From: Gammaproteobacteria bacterium
GTDB taxonomy: Bacteria; Pseudomonadota; Gammaproteobacteria; Eutrophobiales; Eutrophobiaceae
Assembly: GCA_965221455.1 (NCBI GenBank)
Contig: OZ244890.1
Location: 415,623 to 479,622 of the forward strand
Direction of reading: 5' to 3'
Length of the DNA stretch: 64,000 bases
The position numbers and the translations under genes are program-made. Within the stretch, counting starts at the first letter, position 1; every line of letters begins with the position of its first letter. Below are positions 30,825-40,818 of the stretch, piece by piece. Below the pieces are notes generated by a model. The model did not search any database, was not told the origin of the DNA, and saw only the letters and a program-made list of their open reading frames with translations.

Positions 30825-32168
30825 CTAACTCCAGGGGAATGGACTATTTGACACGGGATGTAACTTGCCTTCTGCATACCTTGAAAACCTGAACGGTTCA
30901 AGAATACTGGAAGTATTACCTGCAATCTCGCTTGCAACGAGTTTGCCTACACCCAACATCTTGTAGCCATGATTGGAATCAGCAATGAAATAACAATTTT
31001 CGCGAAACACATCGAAGACAGGAAAACTATCTGGTGTAAAAGCACCGATACCACCGGAAGCCTCTTTCTTATATACACCTGTTTGTCCCTCGAAACGTTT
31101 CTGACAATGAGCTAATGCCGAACACCACATATGTGCAAACTCATCACCCATAACATAATCCGGTGAATCAGGACCATAAGGATCAACAGCAACAGCATCC
31201 GGATCTGTATCAATCGGATCAGGGGCTGCGCCACCCTGAACACCGCCAAAATTAAAATCAGGCTTATAATAAATGCCCCACATCCTGTCTGTTACCAGCG
31301 TTCCATCCACATCGGAATAAAGCGGAGCATCACTATCGACATGAATCACCGGCGGCATATTGCCATCATTGGTTTTTAGATAATCGGGATTAACACCCAG
31401 AGTGCCTTCTTGCAATGACCAATAGATCCACATATTGACATTGTCGTGCACATTTCCATCCGTGCCTTTAATACTGATCGTTTTTGGCAACTCCAGCATG
31501 TCCCAGAAAATCTTGGCCCATGGACCGACACCAATAACAACATAATCACATTCGATCATCCCCTGGTCCGTTTCAACGGCTGCAATTGCATCAGAGCCAC
31601 CGGCATTTTTAAATCCGGTCACAGTGACACCGGATTGTATCTTTACACCTTCGGCTTCCGCCTTGGCAGCCAAACCATACATGGATTTTCGATTATTTGC
31701 ATAACCACCTCGCTTCTCATGGAGTACAGAAGTAATATCCCTGGCCTGCCAATCATCAAAGAACCCTTTCATATAGTTTGCACTATCATCCACACCTTCA
31801 ATAAAGACTGATTCGTAGGCAATCTCTTTTTGCTGCGCTGCTATTGTCGCCACATCGGCATGCATCGACTCCGGACTGATCTGCATATAACCAACCGCAT
31901 GGTAACTGTATGCTTCCGGATCGGATTCCCATACATCAACACTGTGTGCCATCAATTCACGCATCGCGGGTTGGTAGTAATTATTTCGAACAACACCACA
32001 CGCAATACCTGATGCACCCGCCGCAATTCCGCTCTTGTCAATGACCAGAACATCCTCACCGCCACCTTTACCACTTGCTTTCAATTCAAGAGCAAGATGA
32101 TATGCTGTACTGAGTCCATGAATGCCGGCACCAATAATCAAATACTTGCTGTGTGTTGGGAGTGTCAT
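30825..32168 (-). CDS. FAD-dependent oxidoreductase (DadA/SoxB superfamily)
   Basis: The N-terminal dinucleotide-binding motif YLIIGAGIHGLSTAYHLA is present. It is the first gene of the minus-strand block. Confidence 0.65.
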   Translation of the reverse strand: MTLPTHSKYLIIGAGIHGLSTAYHLALELKASGKGGGEDVLVIDKSGIAAGASGIACGVVRNNYYQPAMRELMAHSVDVWESDPEAYSYHAVGYMQISPESMHADVATIAAQQKEIAYESVFIEGVDDSANYMKGFFDDWQARDITSVLHEKRGGYANNRKSMYGLAAKAEAEGVKIQSGVTVTGFKNAGGSDAIAAVETDQGMIECDYVVIGVGPWAKIFWDMLELPKTISIKGTDGNVHDNVNMWIYWSLQEGTLGVNPDYLKTNDGNMPPVIHVDSDAPLYSDVDGTLVTDRMWGIYYKPDFNFGGVQGGAAPDPIDTDPDAVAVDPYGPDSPDYVMGDEFAHMWCSALAHCQKRFEGQTGVYKKEASGGIGAFTPDSFPVFDVFRENCYFIADSNHGYKMLGVGKLVASEIAGNTSSILEPFRFSRYAEGKLHPVSNSPFPWS

Positions 32169-32382
32169 AAGCTAATTGCTCCGAATAAAAAAGGTGGACA
32201 AATTACCAGGCTTTTTTAAAATTTTAGAATAACGATATCTGCATAGTCGATTCTTATGCAGCAAGAATCAATTCATCCGTAGAGATACCTCTGAAGTGAT
32301 AGATTTGGACATCTTGGCCATCGGATTTATGTGAAGTCCTTTACACCATTCACAATCGCACACCTCTTAAACATGTCGGATT

Positions 32383-32418
32383 TTCAGTTTTTTTGTTTTG
32401 ATAAAAAAACTGAAAAAT
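32383..32418. promoter_or_regulatory. perfect 14-bp inverted repeat (ttttcagttttttt-N8-aaaaaaactgaaaa)
   Basis: This is a direct sequence observation. It lies about 215 nt upstream of the oxidoreductase/gmaS operon start and about 135 nt downstream of the neighbouring minus-strand gene. Confidence 0.3.
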
Positions 32419-32551
32419 ATTTCCATCTAAATCAAGTCTATCCGTTTTTTACCCTGGTACGCCGTATCCCGGATACGGCAATCCTTCGCGAAAAGATTTG
32501 CGCACCTGGACGGTATTGCCTAAATAATGAAGCTTTAATATTTTCAGAAGA

Positions 32552-33043
32552 TTATTTGATCTGTCGCAGCAAATAACCACCGTTTTCAAGGTTTTGTCCC
32601 GCAATGTGAAACTTTGCGGAATCAGGCGTAATTATGGTGTCTACCAGTTCAAAATCAATCGTCTCCTGACTGAAATCAACGACTGTATTAATATTTTTTC
32701 TGGCAAATGCTATTACATTTAACTGACCATTTGCCATTAATTGCCTACGCTGTTTCTGAGTCCAGTCCCACCCGAATGGACAATCCAGCACCTTACCTGC
32801 GCTTTGATGATTAATAATTACCCTTGCTTTTTCCCACTCAAATGGTGTCATGTCCGCCAGGTTTATAATTGTACCGGCATTTTTCCGTATACCTTCACTC
32901 AGCATGGAACGCAAAGAAGCGATATCTGTACAGGACTTGTATTGTTTAAAATAGAAAACAGATAACACGATGATACCTGCGATAACCGCAAAAACGACAC
33001 CCGGTTTACCGGGAATGCTACTTAATGCGCGTCTAATTGACAT
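32552..33043 (-). CDS. hypothetical membrane-anchored protein
   Basis: The ORF has a signal-anchor (MSIRRALSSIPGKPGVVFAVIAGIIVLSVFYF) after the likely start at 33043. The ORF finder extended the frame to 33166. Confidence 0.5.
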   Translation of the reverse strand: MSIRRALSSIPGKPGVVFAVIAGIIVLSVFYFKQYKSCTDIASLRSMLSEGIRKNAGTIINLADMTPFEWEKARVIINHQSAGKVLDCPFGWDWTQKQRRQLMANGQLNVIAFARKNINTVVDFSQETIDFELVDTIITPDSAKFHIAGQNLENGGYLLRQIK

Positions 33044-33214
33044 AGTTAATTTAGAAAGAATAATTTTTCCGGGACAATCAGGTACTGACCAGAACTCTAC
33101 AATAACAACTAAAAAACTTTCCCAAGAAAAAATCCCCTGATCACTGATAGTGAACAGGGGATTCATTTACCACTCACTTCACGTCAGCTATGACGTTTTA
33201 GCTTTGTACCAGGC

Positions 33215-33424
33215 TCAACGATCAAGTGCCTTATTGACCTCTGCCTTGCCCTTGATTTCCTTGATTTCAATATTGCATTCATCGGACTCACTCTTGAGTT
33301 GCCATATATGCCAGGCAAGCCAAAATGCGGTACAAAGTATAACCAACAATCCTTCACTGCCCTGAAATGGATAAAGTGCACCCATCTCCGCCAGCTTGGC
33401 AAAACTTTCAACACCATTTGACAT
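33215..33424 (-). CDS. small hypothetical protein (69 aa) downstream of amt
   Basis: It has one hydrophobic helix (LLVILCTAFWLAWHIW). Its position 35 nt after amt suggests co-transcription. Confidence 0.3.
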   Translation of the reverse strand: MSNGVESFAKLAEMGALYPFQGSEGLLVILCTAFWLAWHIWQLKSESDECNIEIKEIKGKAEVNKALDR

Positions 33425-33458
33425 AACAATGTCCTCCTGCTTGAAAAATTAATCTGAT

Positions 33459-34895
33459 TTACAGTAAGCCAACCTTTTTCGCTTCCGCCCGGACAGCAGC
33501 ATTCAGATCGGCAGCAGCGTTTTCATCTTCAATGTCATAATCCAGATCAAGACCCGCTATCTCAATTTCCTTCGGAATGCGCAGCAGACCCATACCGTTC
33601 AGGATCTTTGCAGCGATCAGACCGGGGATGAAACCCAACACAAAGAACATGATGATTGCGCCGGCAAACTGACCTAGCGGATTAATAGTTGACTCCATAA
33701 ACGGTGAAGCCGGATATCCCCAAAGCATGAAACCCGCAACAACGACACCGTAAAAACCGGCGTAACCATGAACAGCAACAGCACCAACGGCATCATCGAT
33801 CTTGAACGTACGTTCTACCCAATAATGCAACTTGTAAATAATACAAACACCAACCGCACCAATAATCATGGATTGAATCGGATGGTAAAGATCATTACCC
33901 GCTGATGCCGCAATGACGCCTGCAAGTCCGCCGGAGTATGTCCAGAAAGGATCGCCTTTGGACATGAAATATCCAGCCATTAAACCACCTGACAATGACA
34001 TCAAGAAAGCAAAGGTAATACCTGATAAAGATGTGGGACTAAGATAGATATTAGTTGCTGTAAAATAACTACCATCAACATCCAGCATATCAGGACCATA
34101 AAAATCAATTATCGGAACATTACATGCCGCATAAAAACCCCAAAAACCGGTATAGATTAGAAACAGACCGATCGTAACCAACCATGGATTTGTCGGTCGA
34201 ATGTCTCGAGGAGTGCCATCCTCTTTAAATTTACCAATACGCGGTCCAAGCACTATTAACACCGCCAAAGCAAAACCACCCGCAATCGCATGGACGACAC
34301 CGGATGCGTAGGCATCATGATAACCCAGCTTGTGAACCATCCATCCGTCCCAATGCCAGCCCCATGCTGCGTCAGTGATCCACAATACTGAACCGATTAA
34401 CACGGCCAATATCCAGAAAGCACCGGAACGAATCCGTTCAATTACGGCACCTGACACGATTGAACCAGTGGTCCATGAGAACAGCAGGAAGGCTGCCCAG
34501 AATACACCGTTAATGCGTGCCCAGAACCCTGTATCATCAACAGACACGCCTTCCTGAAAAGCGGCACCACCCATATGCGTACCCATTAATTCACTCCAGG
34601 GATAGGCATTCACGGCAGTAACCAAACCACCACCTTCTTGTTGCAAACCTGCCATATTCAGGAAAGGGCCATTTGGCAAGGCAAAATATATCCACCAACC
34701 GAACAGAAAAAAAGCGACCGTGATTAACGGTATAAGCATCGTATTTTTCATTAGTGTATGCAGTTGGTTTTTACGTCTCGATACACCGACTTCATACATA
34801 CAGAACCCAACATGGATCAAAAACATCATTACAACTGTGACCCAATAATAGAATTCAGTGAATATGACGACTAATGATGATATTTCACTATCCAT
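33459..34895 (-). CDS. amt: ammonium/methylammonium transporter (Amt/MEP family)
   Basis: The 478-aa protein has 11 TM segments and Amt signatures (VHAIAGGFALAVLIVLGPRIGKF, twin-His region). Confidence 0.85.
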   Translation of the reverse strand: MDSEISSLVVIFTEFYYWVTVVMMFLIHVGFCMYEVGVSRRKNQLHTLMKNTMLIPLITVAFFLFGWWIYFALPNGPFLNMAGLQQEGGGLVTAVNAYPWSELMGTHMGGAAFQEGVSVDDTGFWARINGVFWAAFLLFSWTTGSIVSGAVIERIRSGAFWILAVLIGSVLWITDAAWGWHWDGWMVHKLGYHDAYASGVVHAIAGGFALAVLIVLGPRIGKFKEDGTPRDIRPTNPWLVTIGLFLIYTGFWGFYAACNVPIIDFYGPDMLDVDGSYFTATNIYLSPTSLSGITFAFLMSLSGGLMAGYFMSKGDPFWTYSGGLAGVIAASAGNDLYHPIQSMIIGAVGVCIIYKLHYWVERTFKIDDAVGAVAVHGYAGFYGVVVAGFMLWGYPASPFMESTINPLGQFAGAIIMFFVLGFIPGLIAAKILNGMGLLRIPKEIEIAGLDLDYDIEDENAAADLNAAVRAEAKKVGLL

Positions 34896-35257
34896 TACTC
34901 CACCCCCCTATCGCATATTTTAGATAATCCGGCTGGTCTCTGATCTTTAGATACATTACGACCAAGCCATGATTCATGGCCTTATTCTTATTGATTTTCA
35001 GACAACTCCAAAACCCCATCAAACTTTGAAGCTCTGCTTACCCTAGCATAGCAATCTTCCGTTTTATATATCCATTTAGTGGTACTTCCCAATAAGTAAC
35101 GCTATGACAGTCGTACTTAAATTAAAAATTTAATTCCCTTTAATTTCATATAGATATGATGATATTTATTTTAAGTGCCTGTAACGCCAAGCATCAGCCA
35201 CGAGCATGAAGCGTAGCGGAATGGTTATCGGCTGCATGCAAATGCTATACGTCGCCA

Positions 35258-35680
35258 CTATTGCTTGTTCCCGATAATGCGACCAGTGACAAAAACGGCG
35301 ACCAAGCCGGTGACGGTAGTGCCACCCAGAAGCATGGCTGCGTACTCATATCCAGGCACCAAGGCAGTAATTGATGCTGATAACGCAGCGATACCGATAC
35401 CAAAACCGAAAAATTGCCCCAAGCGTTGCTGTTTTCGGAATGCGTCTAGCGTCTTGTTTTCAATGTCTATCTGGTGTTGGGCATTTTTCTCAGCCATAAC
35501 GAGTATGCGCTCGGCTGCACCCGGAACGGTTTGATCATATCCAGCAAGTACTTGTGGGTGTGGGAGAGGTCCAGAGTATCCTTCAATACGCTGGTGGGTG
35601 GCAGTAACTCGCTGAGTTGGTCCCTGGTTTTGGCTTTTTGCAGGAGTGTTACGATTGTTTTTCTTTCGCTTGTTGCTCAT
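35258..35680 (-). CDS. DUF2335-family membrane protein
   Basis: A basic N-terminus is followed by the conserved LPHPQVLAGYDQTVPGAAERILVMAEKNAQHQ segment and two C-terminal TM helices. Confidence 0.5.
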   Translation of the reverse strand: MSNKRKKNNRNTPAKSQNQGPTQRVTATHQRIEGYSGPLPHPQVLAGYDQTVPGAAERILVMAEKNAQHQIDIENKTLDAFRKQQRLGQFFGFGIGIAALSASITALVPGYEYAAMLLGGTTVTGLVAVFVTGRIIGNKQ

Positions 35681-35849
35681 CAGAGTAGTGGTCCAGTGCG
35701 TTTCTTAGGTAAGTACCGGTACGCTCCCAATGGTCTCTCATGCGCTGTTCAGGCGAATATTCCGACACAAAACGAGAAAAGTCCTCGCACGGAGCAATGT
35801 CAACAACGCTGCCTGCACCAGCCAAAAAGTTTTTGAGGGCTTCATTCAT
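35649..35849 (-). CDS. hypothetical small protein (66 aa)
   Basis: This ORF overlaps the DUF2335 gene start by 32 nt. There is no motif. Confidence 0.3.
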   Translation of the reverse strand: MNEALKNFLAGAGSVVDIAPCEDFSRFVSEYSPEQRMRDHWERTGTYLRNALDHYSDEQQAKEKQS

Positions 35850-35979
35850 GATGATCCGAGTATAGCATCAAAAGCGTATCAGCATGAGTAAGAAAATGGT
35901 AGCTTCCGTACTCGTAAATTGACTACGTAATAAGCTGTTTTGAAGATAGAAATACTCACTTGAATTAAGAATTTAATTA

Positions 35980-36843
35980 ATGAATGCAGGTTTATATGGT
36001 TTATTGGCGGCTTTTGGTTGGGGTGGCGCGGATTTCATAGCACGTTTTACCGGTCGCGCTATCGGACATCAACAAGCGTTGCTTGGAATGTTGACCGTTG
36101 GAGCTATTGTAATAAGTCTGATCATTTTCCTGTTCGACATCCCTATCGTATTTACAATGACTGCCTGGTGGTTATTACTTGTAACCGGGATCGGCACCAT
36201 GGTCGCAACACTATTACTTTACCAGGGATTGGCCAGAGGTCCGGTAACAGTCGTTGCGCCTATTGTAGGTAGCTTTCCAATATTCAATATCATGCTCGCC
36301 GTCATTCTCGGCGCTCGCCTGAATAATATTCAATGGATGGCAATATTTGCTGTATTTACCGGCGTATGGCTGGTTGCCCGTGCTTCCTCACACTTTGCAT
36401 CACAGCCTGACTATAATCGACAACACTTACGTCAAACGATAATTATCGCATTGGCCTCTTCATTATTCTTTGGCATTACTATCGCTGCCGCCCAGGCAGC
36501 AAGCCTTGTTTATGGTGAATTGCAAACCGTTTGTATTGCACGCTGGATTAGTTTGCTGGCACTTGCATTGGTATTTATATGGAGAAGGCAGGTGCCTGTT
36601 ATTAATTTAAGTTGCTGGCCATTGATAGGTCTGCAAGGATTTATGGATACAGGTGCCTATGCCGCACTGGCCTGGAGTGCTCAAGCAGAGAATGCCGAGA
36701 TTGCCGTCGTGACTGCTTCCGGATTCAGTATTGTGACTGTTTTGCTGGCAAGCGTTTTTTTAAAAGAAAAAATGAGTTGGATCCAATGGTGTGGTGTTCT
36801 ATTGATCGTTATCGGTGTTATCGTACTTTCAATCTTCGAGTAA
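35980..36843 (+). CDS. EamA/DMT-family transporter
   Basis: The 287-aa protein has 10 TM segments arranged as two EamA-like halves. Confidence 0.75.
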   Translation: MNAGLYGLLAAFGWGGADFIARFTGRAIGHQQALLGMLTVGAIVISLIIFLFDIPIVFTMTAWWLLLVTGIGTMVATLLLYQGLARGPVTVVAPIVGSFPIFNIMLAVILGARLNNIQWMAIFAVFTGVWLVARASSHFASQPDYNRQHLRQTIIIALASSLFFGITIAAAQAASLVYGELQTVCIARWISLLALALVFIWRRQVPVINLSCWPLIGLQGFMDTGAYAALAWSAQAENAEIAVVTASGFSIVTVLLASVFLKEKMSWIQWCGVLLIVIGVIVLSIFE

Positions 36844-36925
36844 CTACAATCAAAAAAACGAAACTGACATTACCCGCCACCCCGTTAGTCACCGGGGACA
36901 GCGAGTAAACTTCTTTTTTTTAAAT

Positions 36926-37174
36926 TCATTCAACAATATTTTTTTCGCGCTCAAGCATCCAACATCGTGGATTATTTTCAAAGCCGATATGTTGGTAACA
37001 GGAATTGGCAGCAGGTGCAGCAAGCAAAACAGGTTTGCACCTGCCTCCCAGTTGTTCCTGAGTCAGAATTTGCAAACGTTTTCCGATTCCACGACCTTGC
37101 ACAGTCTTGTCAACCGCCAGATCGGAAAGATAACAAACATAATGAAAATCCGTTATTGAACGAGCGACTGCCAT
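36926..37174 (-). pseudogene. GNAT acetyltransferase C-terminal fragment
   Basis: The acetyl-CoA motif A VDKTVQGRGIGKRL is present, but the ORF is only 82 aa and lacks the N-terminal half of the GNAT fold. Confidence 0.4.
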
Positions 37175-37344
37175 GCCGTGATAATGAGATTGCTGTTATC
37201 AACGACACCCTGCATACAATTCAGATCATCAACGGGCCGACGTTCCGCCAAACCTGATCGATGAAGAACATCAATAAACTCATCGCGGCTGACAGGGGCA
37301 TTGATTTTGTACTGAATATCCACCTGCAAATGCAGCCAACGCTA

Positions 37345-38652
37345 TTAACAATCGAGCGTGTGTTGTCTTTCCCACTCGGTAAGCTGATGACAGTACTGGT
37401 TCCATTCGACATTTTTCAGCTTGAGGTAGGCATCAATGAGCTCATCGCCCATCGCTTCACGAACGAACTTACTCTTCTCGGTCAAACGAATCGCATCCAG
37501 TAGATTCAACGGTAGTTTTTTGGCACCGCGAACCTTGTCACCTTCGGTATACATATCCAGGTCGCAACGTTTACCGGGATCGACCTTGTTTTTAACACCT
37601 TGCAAACCACAGGCCAGTAAAGCAGCCGGTGCCAGATATGGATTCATCGCGCCATCAGCAAGACGGAATTCAATACGGTTACCTTCCGGGATACGAACCA
37701 TATTGGTTCGGTTATTGCCCCCCCAGGTAATTGTGTTCGGTGCCCAGGTTGCACCGGAAACCGTAACCGGCGCATTAATACGCTTGTAACTGTTTACGGT
37801 CGAATTGAAAATGGAGGTCAAGGCATCAACGTTCTTGATTACACCACCGAGAAAATTGTAGGCAAGTTTGCTCAGGCCCAATTCACCTTTCGCATCCATA
37901 AACATGTTCTTGTTGCCGGTTTTATCCCACAAAGACGCATTTATATGACAGCCATTTCCAGTCAAATTCACAAATGGCTTGGGCATGAAGGTAGCACGCA
38001 GACCGTGATTTTCTGCAATTTGTTTTACCATATATTTGAAGAAAACGTGGCGATCACAGGTTTTCAAAACGTGATCATATTCCCAGTTCATTTCCCACTG
38101 TCCATTGGCATCTTCATGATCATTTTGATAAGCACCCCAACCAAACTCGACCATGGCATCACAAATTTCAGAAATAACATCATAGCGACGCATCAGACAG
38201 CTCTGATCATAACAGGGCTTTTCCTGGGTATCGCGATCATCATAAATATTCGAACCGTCTTCCTTGATAAGGTGAAATTCGCCTTCAACACCGGTTTTGA
38301 AGGTATATCCCATTTTAGCCGCTTTCTTGATCTGCTGCTTCAGGGCAACTCGGGGAGAAGCAGCGATTGCTTTACCGTCCATGTACAGATCACTGGCAAG
38401 CCAACCGACTTCACGCCGCCACGGAAGAATAATCAGACTGTCCGGATCCGGCACGGCAAACATGTCGGCATCAGCCGGGGTTAAATCCAGCCAGGTGGCA
38501 AAACCTGCAAAACCGGCACCATCTTTTTGCATGCCTTTAATCGCGCCAGCCGGAACCAACTTGGAACGCAGAACACCAAACAAATCAACAAAACTGATCA
38601 GAAAATATTTTAAACCCTTGTCTTTTGCAACTTTTGCCAAATCAGTAGCCAT
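37345..38652 (-). CDS. type III glutamine synthetase-like protein (GmaS-like paralog)
   Basis: The 435-aa ORF has a GS catalytic domain (NGCHINASLW, NRTNMVRIPEGNRIEFRLADGAMNPYL). It is the last gene of the second module. Confidence 0.75.
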   Translation of the reverse strand: MATDLAKVAKDKGLKYFLISFVDLFGVLRSKLVPAGAIKGMQKDGAGFAGFATWLDLTPADADMFAVPDPDSLIILPWRREVGWLASDLYMDGKAIAASPRVALKQQIKKAAKMGYTFKTGVEGEFHLIKEDGSNIYDDRDTQEKPCYDQSCLMRRYDVISEICDAMVEFGWGAYQNDHEDANGQWEMNWEYDHVLKTCDRHVFFKYMVKQIAENHGLRATFMPKPFVNLTGNGCHINASLWDKTGNKNMFMDAKGELGLSKLAYNFLGGVIKNVDALTSIFNSTVNSYKRINAPVTVSGATWAPNTITWGGNNRTNMVRIPEGNRIEFRLADGAMNPYLAPAALLACGLQGVKNKVDPGKRCDLDMYTEGDKVRGAKKLPLNLLDAIRLTEKSKFVREAMGDELIDAYLKLKNVEWNQYCHQLTEWERQHTLDC

Positions 38653-38734
38653 TGCTTTGCCCCCTTCTCTATAATATTACCTTCTGCTGATTTATTAATA
38701 GCTGATGTGATAGTCCAATTAACAGATAAATCTG

Positions 38735-40090
38735 TTATTTGTAAGCATCCGCTCCCGGCACCCAATCTGTTCCGGCTAAAGGCACTTTGGCCATTGCTGC
38801 CGCCTCAACCGTTAACGCAACCAGGTCTTCCGGTTCAAGATTATGCAGGTGTGATTTGCCGCAGGCACGTGCTAATGTTTGTGCTTCCAGTGTCATGGTT
38901 TGCAATAAATTTTTAACTCGACGACCACCTAATTCAGGATCAAGTCGTTTTGCCAATTCGGGTTCCTGAGTCGATATTCCCGCAGGACATTGACCTATAT
39001 GGTAAGCATCATAATAGCCTGCCGCTGATCCCAGCTTACGATATTCATCATCATACTCAGGTGAGTTGCAACCCAGGGCATAAAGTGCTGCCATGCCAAT
39101 AGAAACAGCATCGGCACCCAAAGCCATACACTTGGCCACATCGGCGCCATTACGAATACCACCGGAAACAATCAACTGTACCTTACGGTGCATCCCCATT
39201 TCCTGCAATGCTTCAACCGCAATTCTTACCGCAGGTAAAGTGGGGATCCCCACATGTTCTATAAAAATATCCTGAGTTGCGGCGGTACCACCTTGCATAC
39301 CATCAACAACAATTACATCCGCACCCGCCTTACATGCAAGTTGCACATCATAACGGGTACGTGTTGCACCAACCTTTATATAAACAGGTTTTTCCCAATC
39401 TGTTATTTCACGAATTTCACCGATTTTAATTTCCAGATCATCCGGGCCAGTCCAGTCAGGATGACGGCAAGCACTACGTTGATCGATACCCTGCGGCAAG
39501 GTACGCATTTGTGCGACACGATCACTAATCTTATGTCCAAGCAACATACCACCACCGCCTGGCTTGGCACCCTGACCACAAACAATTTCAATGGCGTCGG
39601 CTTTACGCAGATCATCCGGGTTCATGCCATAACGCGAAGGCAACATTTGATAAACAAGTGTTTTGGAAGACTCCCTTTCTTCCGGTGTCATACCACCATC
39701 GCCGGTCGTGGTCGATGTCCCCATTGCAGCGGCACCTTTACCAAGCGCATCCTTTGCTTGTGCCGATAAAGCGCCAAAACTCATACCTGCGATGGTGATG
39801 GGTATATCCAGATGCAAGGGCTTTTTCGCAAAACGGGTACCCAGCGTTACACCGGTATCACATTTTTCACGGTAACCTTCGAGTGGGTAACGCGACATAC
39901 TGGCACCAAGAAACAGCAAATCATCAAAATGTGGTACATGGCGTTTTGCACCACCGCCACGAATACCATAAATGCCTTCTGTTGCAGCACGTTGAATTTC
40001 CCGAATGGTTTGTTTATTCCAGGTATACGATTCCTGTAATACAGACTCTTCATTCATATTGGCTTGCTGTGTAGTGGTTGCATCATTCAT
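38735..40090 (-). CDS. glutamate synthase FMN-binding domain-like protein (MgsC-like paralog)
   Basis: The sequence parallels the mgsC-like gene at 25991 (GIDQRSACRHPDW...LIVSGGIRNGADVAKCMALGADAVSIG). The start at 40090 (MNDATTT) has an RBS gaggaaag. Confidence 0.8.
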   Translation of the reverse strand: MNDATTTQQANMNEESVLQESYTWNKQTIREIQRAATEGIYGIRGGGAKRHVPHFDDLLFLGASMSRYPLEGYREKCDTGVTLGTRFAKKPLHLDIPITIAGMSFGALSAQAKDALGKGAAAMGTSTTTGDGGMTPEERESSKTLVYQMLPSRYGMNPDDLRKADAIEIVCGQGAKPGGGGMLLGHKISDRVAQMRTLPQGIDQRSACRHPDWTGPDDLEIKIGEIREITDWEKPVYIKVGATRTRYDVQLACKAGADVIVVDGMQGGTAATQDIFIEHVGIPTLPAVRIAVEALQEMGMHRKVQLIVSGGIRNGADVAKCMALGADAVSIGMAALYALGCNSPEYDDEYRKLGSAAGYYDAYHIGQCPAGISTQEPELAKRLDPELGGRRVKNLLQTMTLEAQTLARACGKSHLHNLEPEDLVALTVEAAAMAKVPLAGTDWVPGADAYK

Positions 40091-40128
40091 TTTCTTTCCT
40101 CGCCTGACCTCTATCATGACACCTGATT

Positions 40129-40818
40129 TTAATCGTTCTGCAAAACAGCATTGTCGATCCTGAAGTTATACAGGTTTCTCGCCGGACCATAGAGTTTGAA
40201 TTTTTTCGGATCAGCCATAATTGCAGCTTTATCAAGCAATTCCTTTAACTTATCCATTTGTTCTTTTCCCATTACCTTTTCTTCACAATCATGCCCCAGG
40301 CTTTTCACCTTGCCTTGTACATAGATGTGCATCTCAAAGATGGAATCCCCCAAAGCATCACCTGCATCGCCACAGATAACAACATTCCCGGACTGCCCCA
40401 GGAAAGCACACATGTGTCCGACCGAACCGCCGACAACAATATCCACGCCTTTCATGGAAATACCACAACGCGCAGCAGCGTTACCTTCCACAACGATTAA
40501 TCCACCACGACCTGTGGCACCGGTATATTGTGATGAATTACCCTTTACACGCACAACACCAGACATGATATTTTCAGCAAGCCCGGCACCCGCATTACCC
40601 GTAACAGTGATATTCGCATGTTTGTTCATGCCACCAACATAGTGTCCCGCATGACCATCAATCGTAATATCAAGCTCTGCATCAACACCCACCGCAATGT
40701 TATGCTTGCCATTGGGATTTGTTATCTGAAAACCTGACTGACCTTTTTTCCCATCCGCTTTATGTAACAGTGAATTTAGCTCACGAACCTCCTGCTTATC
40801 CAGATCAATTTTACTCAT
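40129..40818 (-). CDS. GXGXG-motif glutamate synthase domain-3-like protein (MgsB-like paralog)
   Basis: The 229-aa ORF contains GGMNKHANITVTGNAGAGLAENIMSGVVRVKGNSSQYTGATGRGGLIVVEGNAAARCG. Confidence 0.8.
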   Translation of the reverse strand: MSKIDLDKQEVRELNSLLHKADGKKGQSGFQITNPNGKHNIAVGVDAELDITIDGHAGHYVGGMNKHANITVTGNAGAGLAENIMSGVVRVKGNSSQYTGATGRGGLIVVEGNAAARCGISMKGVDIVVGGSVGHMCAFLGQSGNVVICGDAGDALGDSIFEMHIYVQGKVKSLGHDCEEKVMGKEQMDKLKELLDKAAIMADPKKFKLYGPARNLYNFRIDNAVLQND

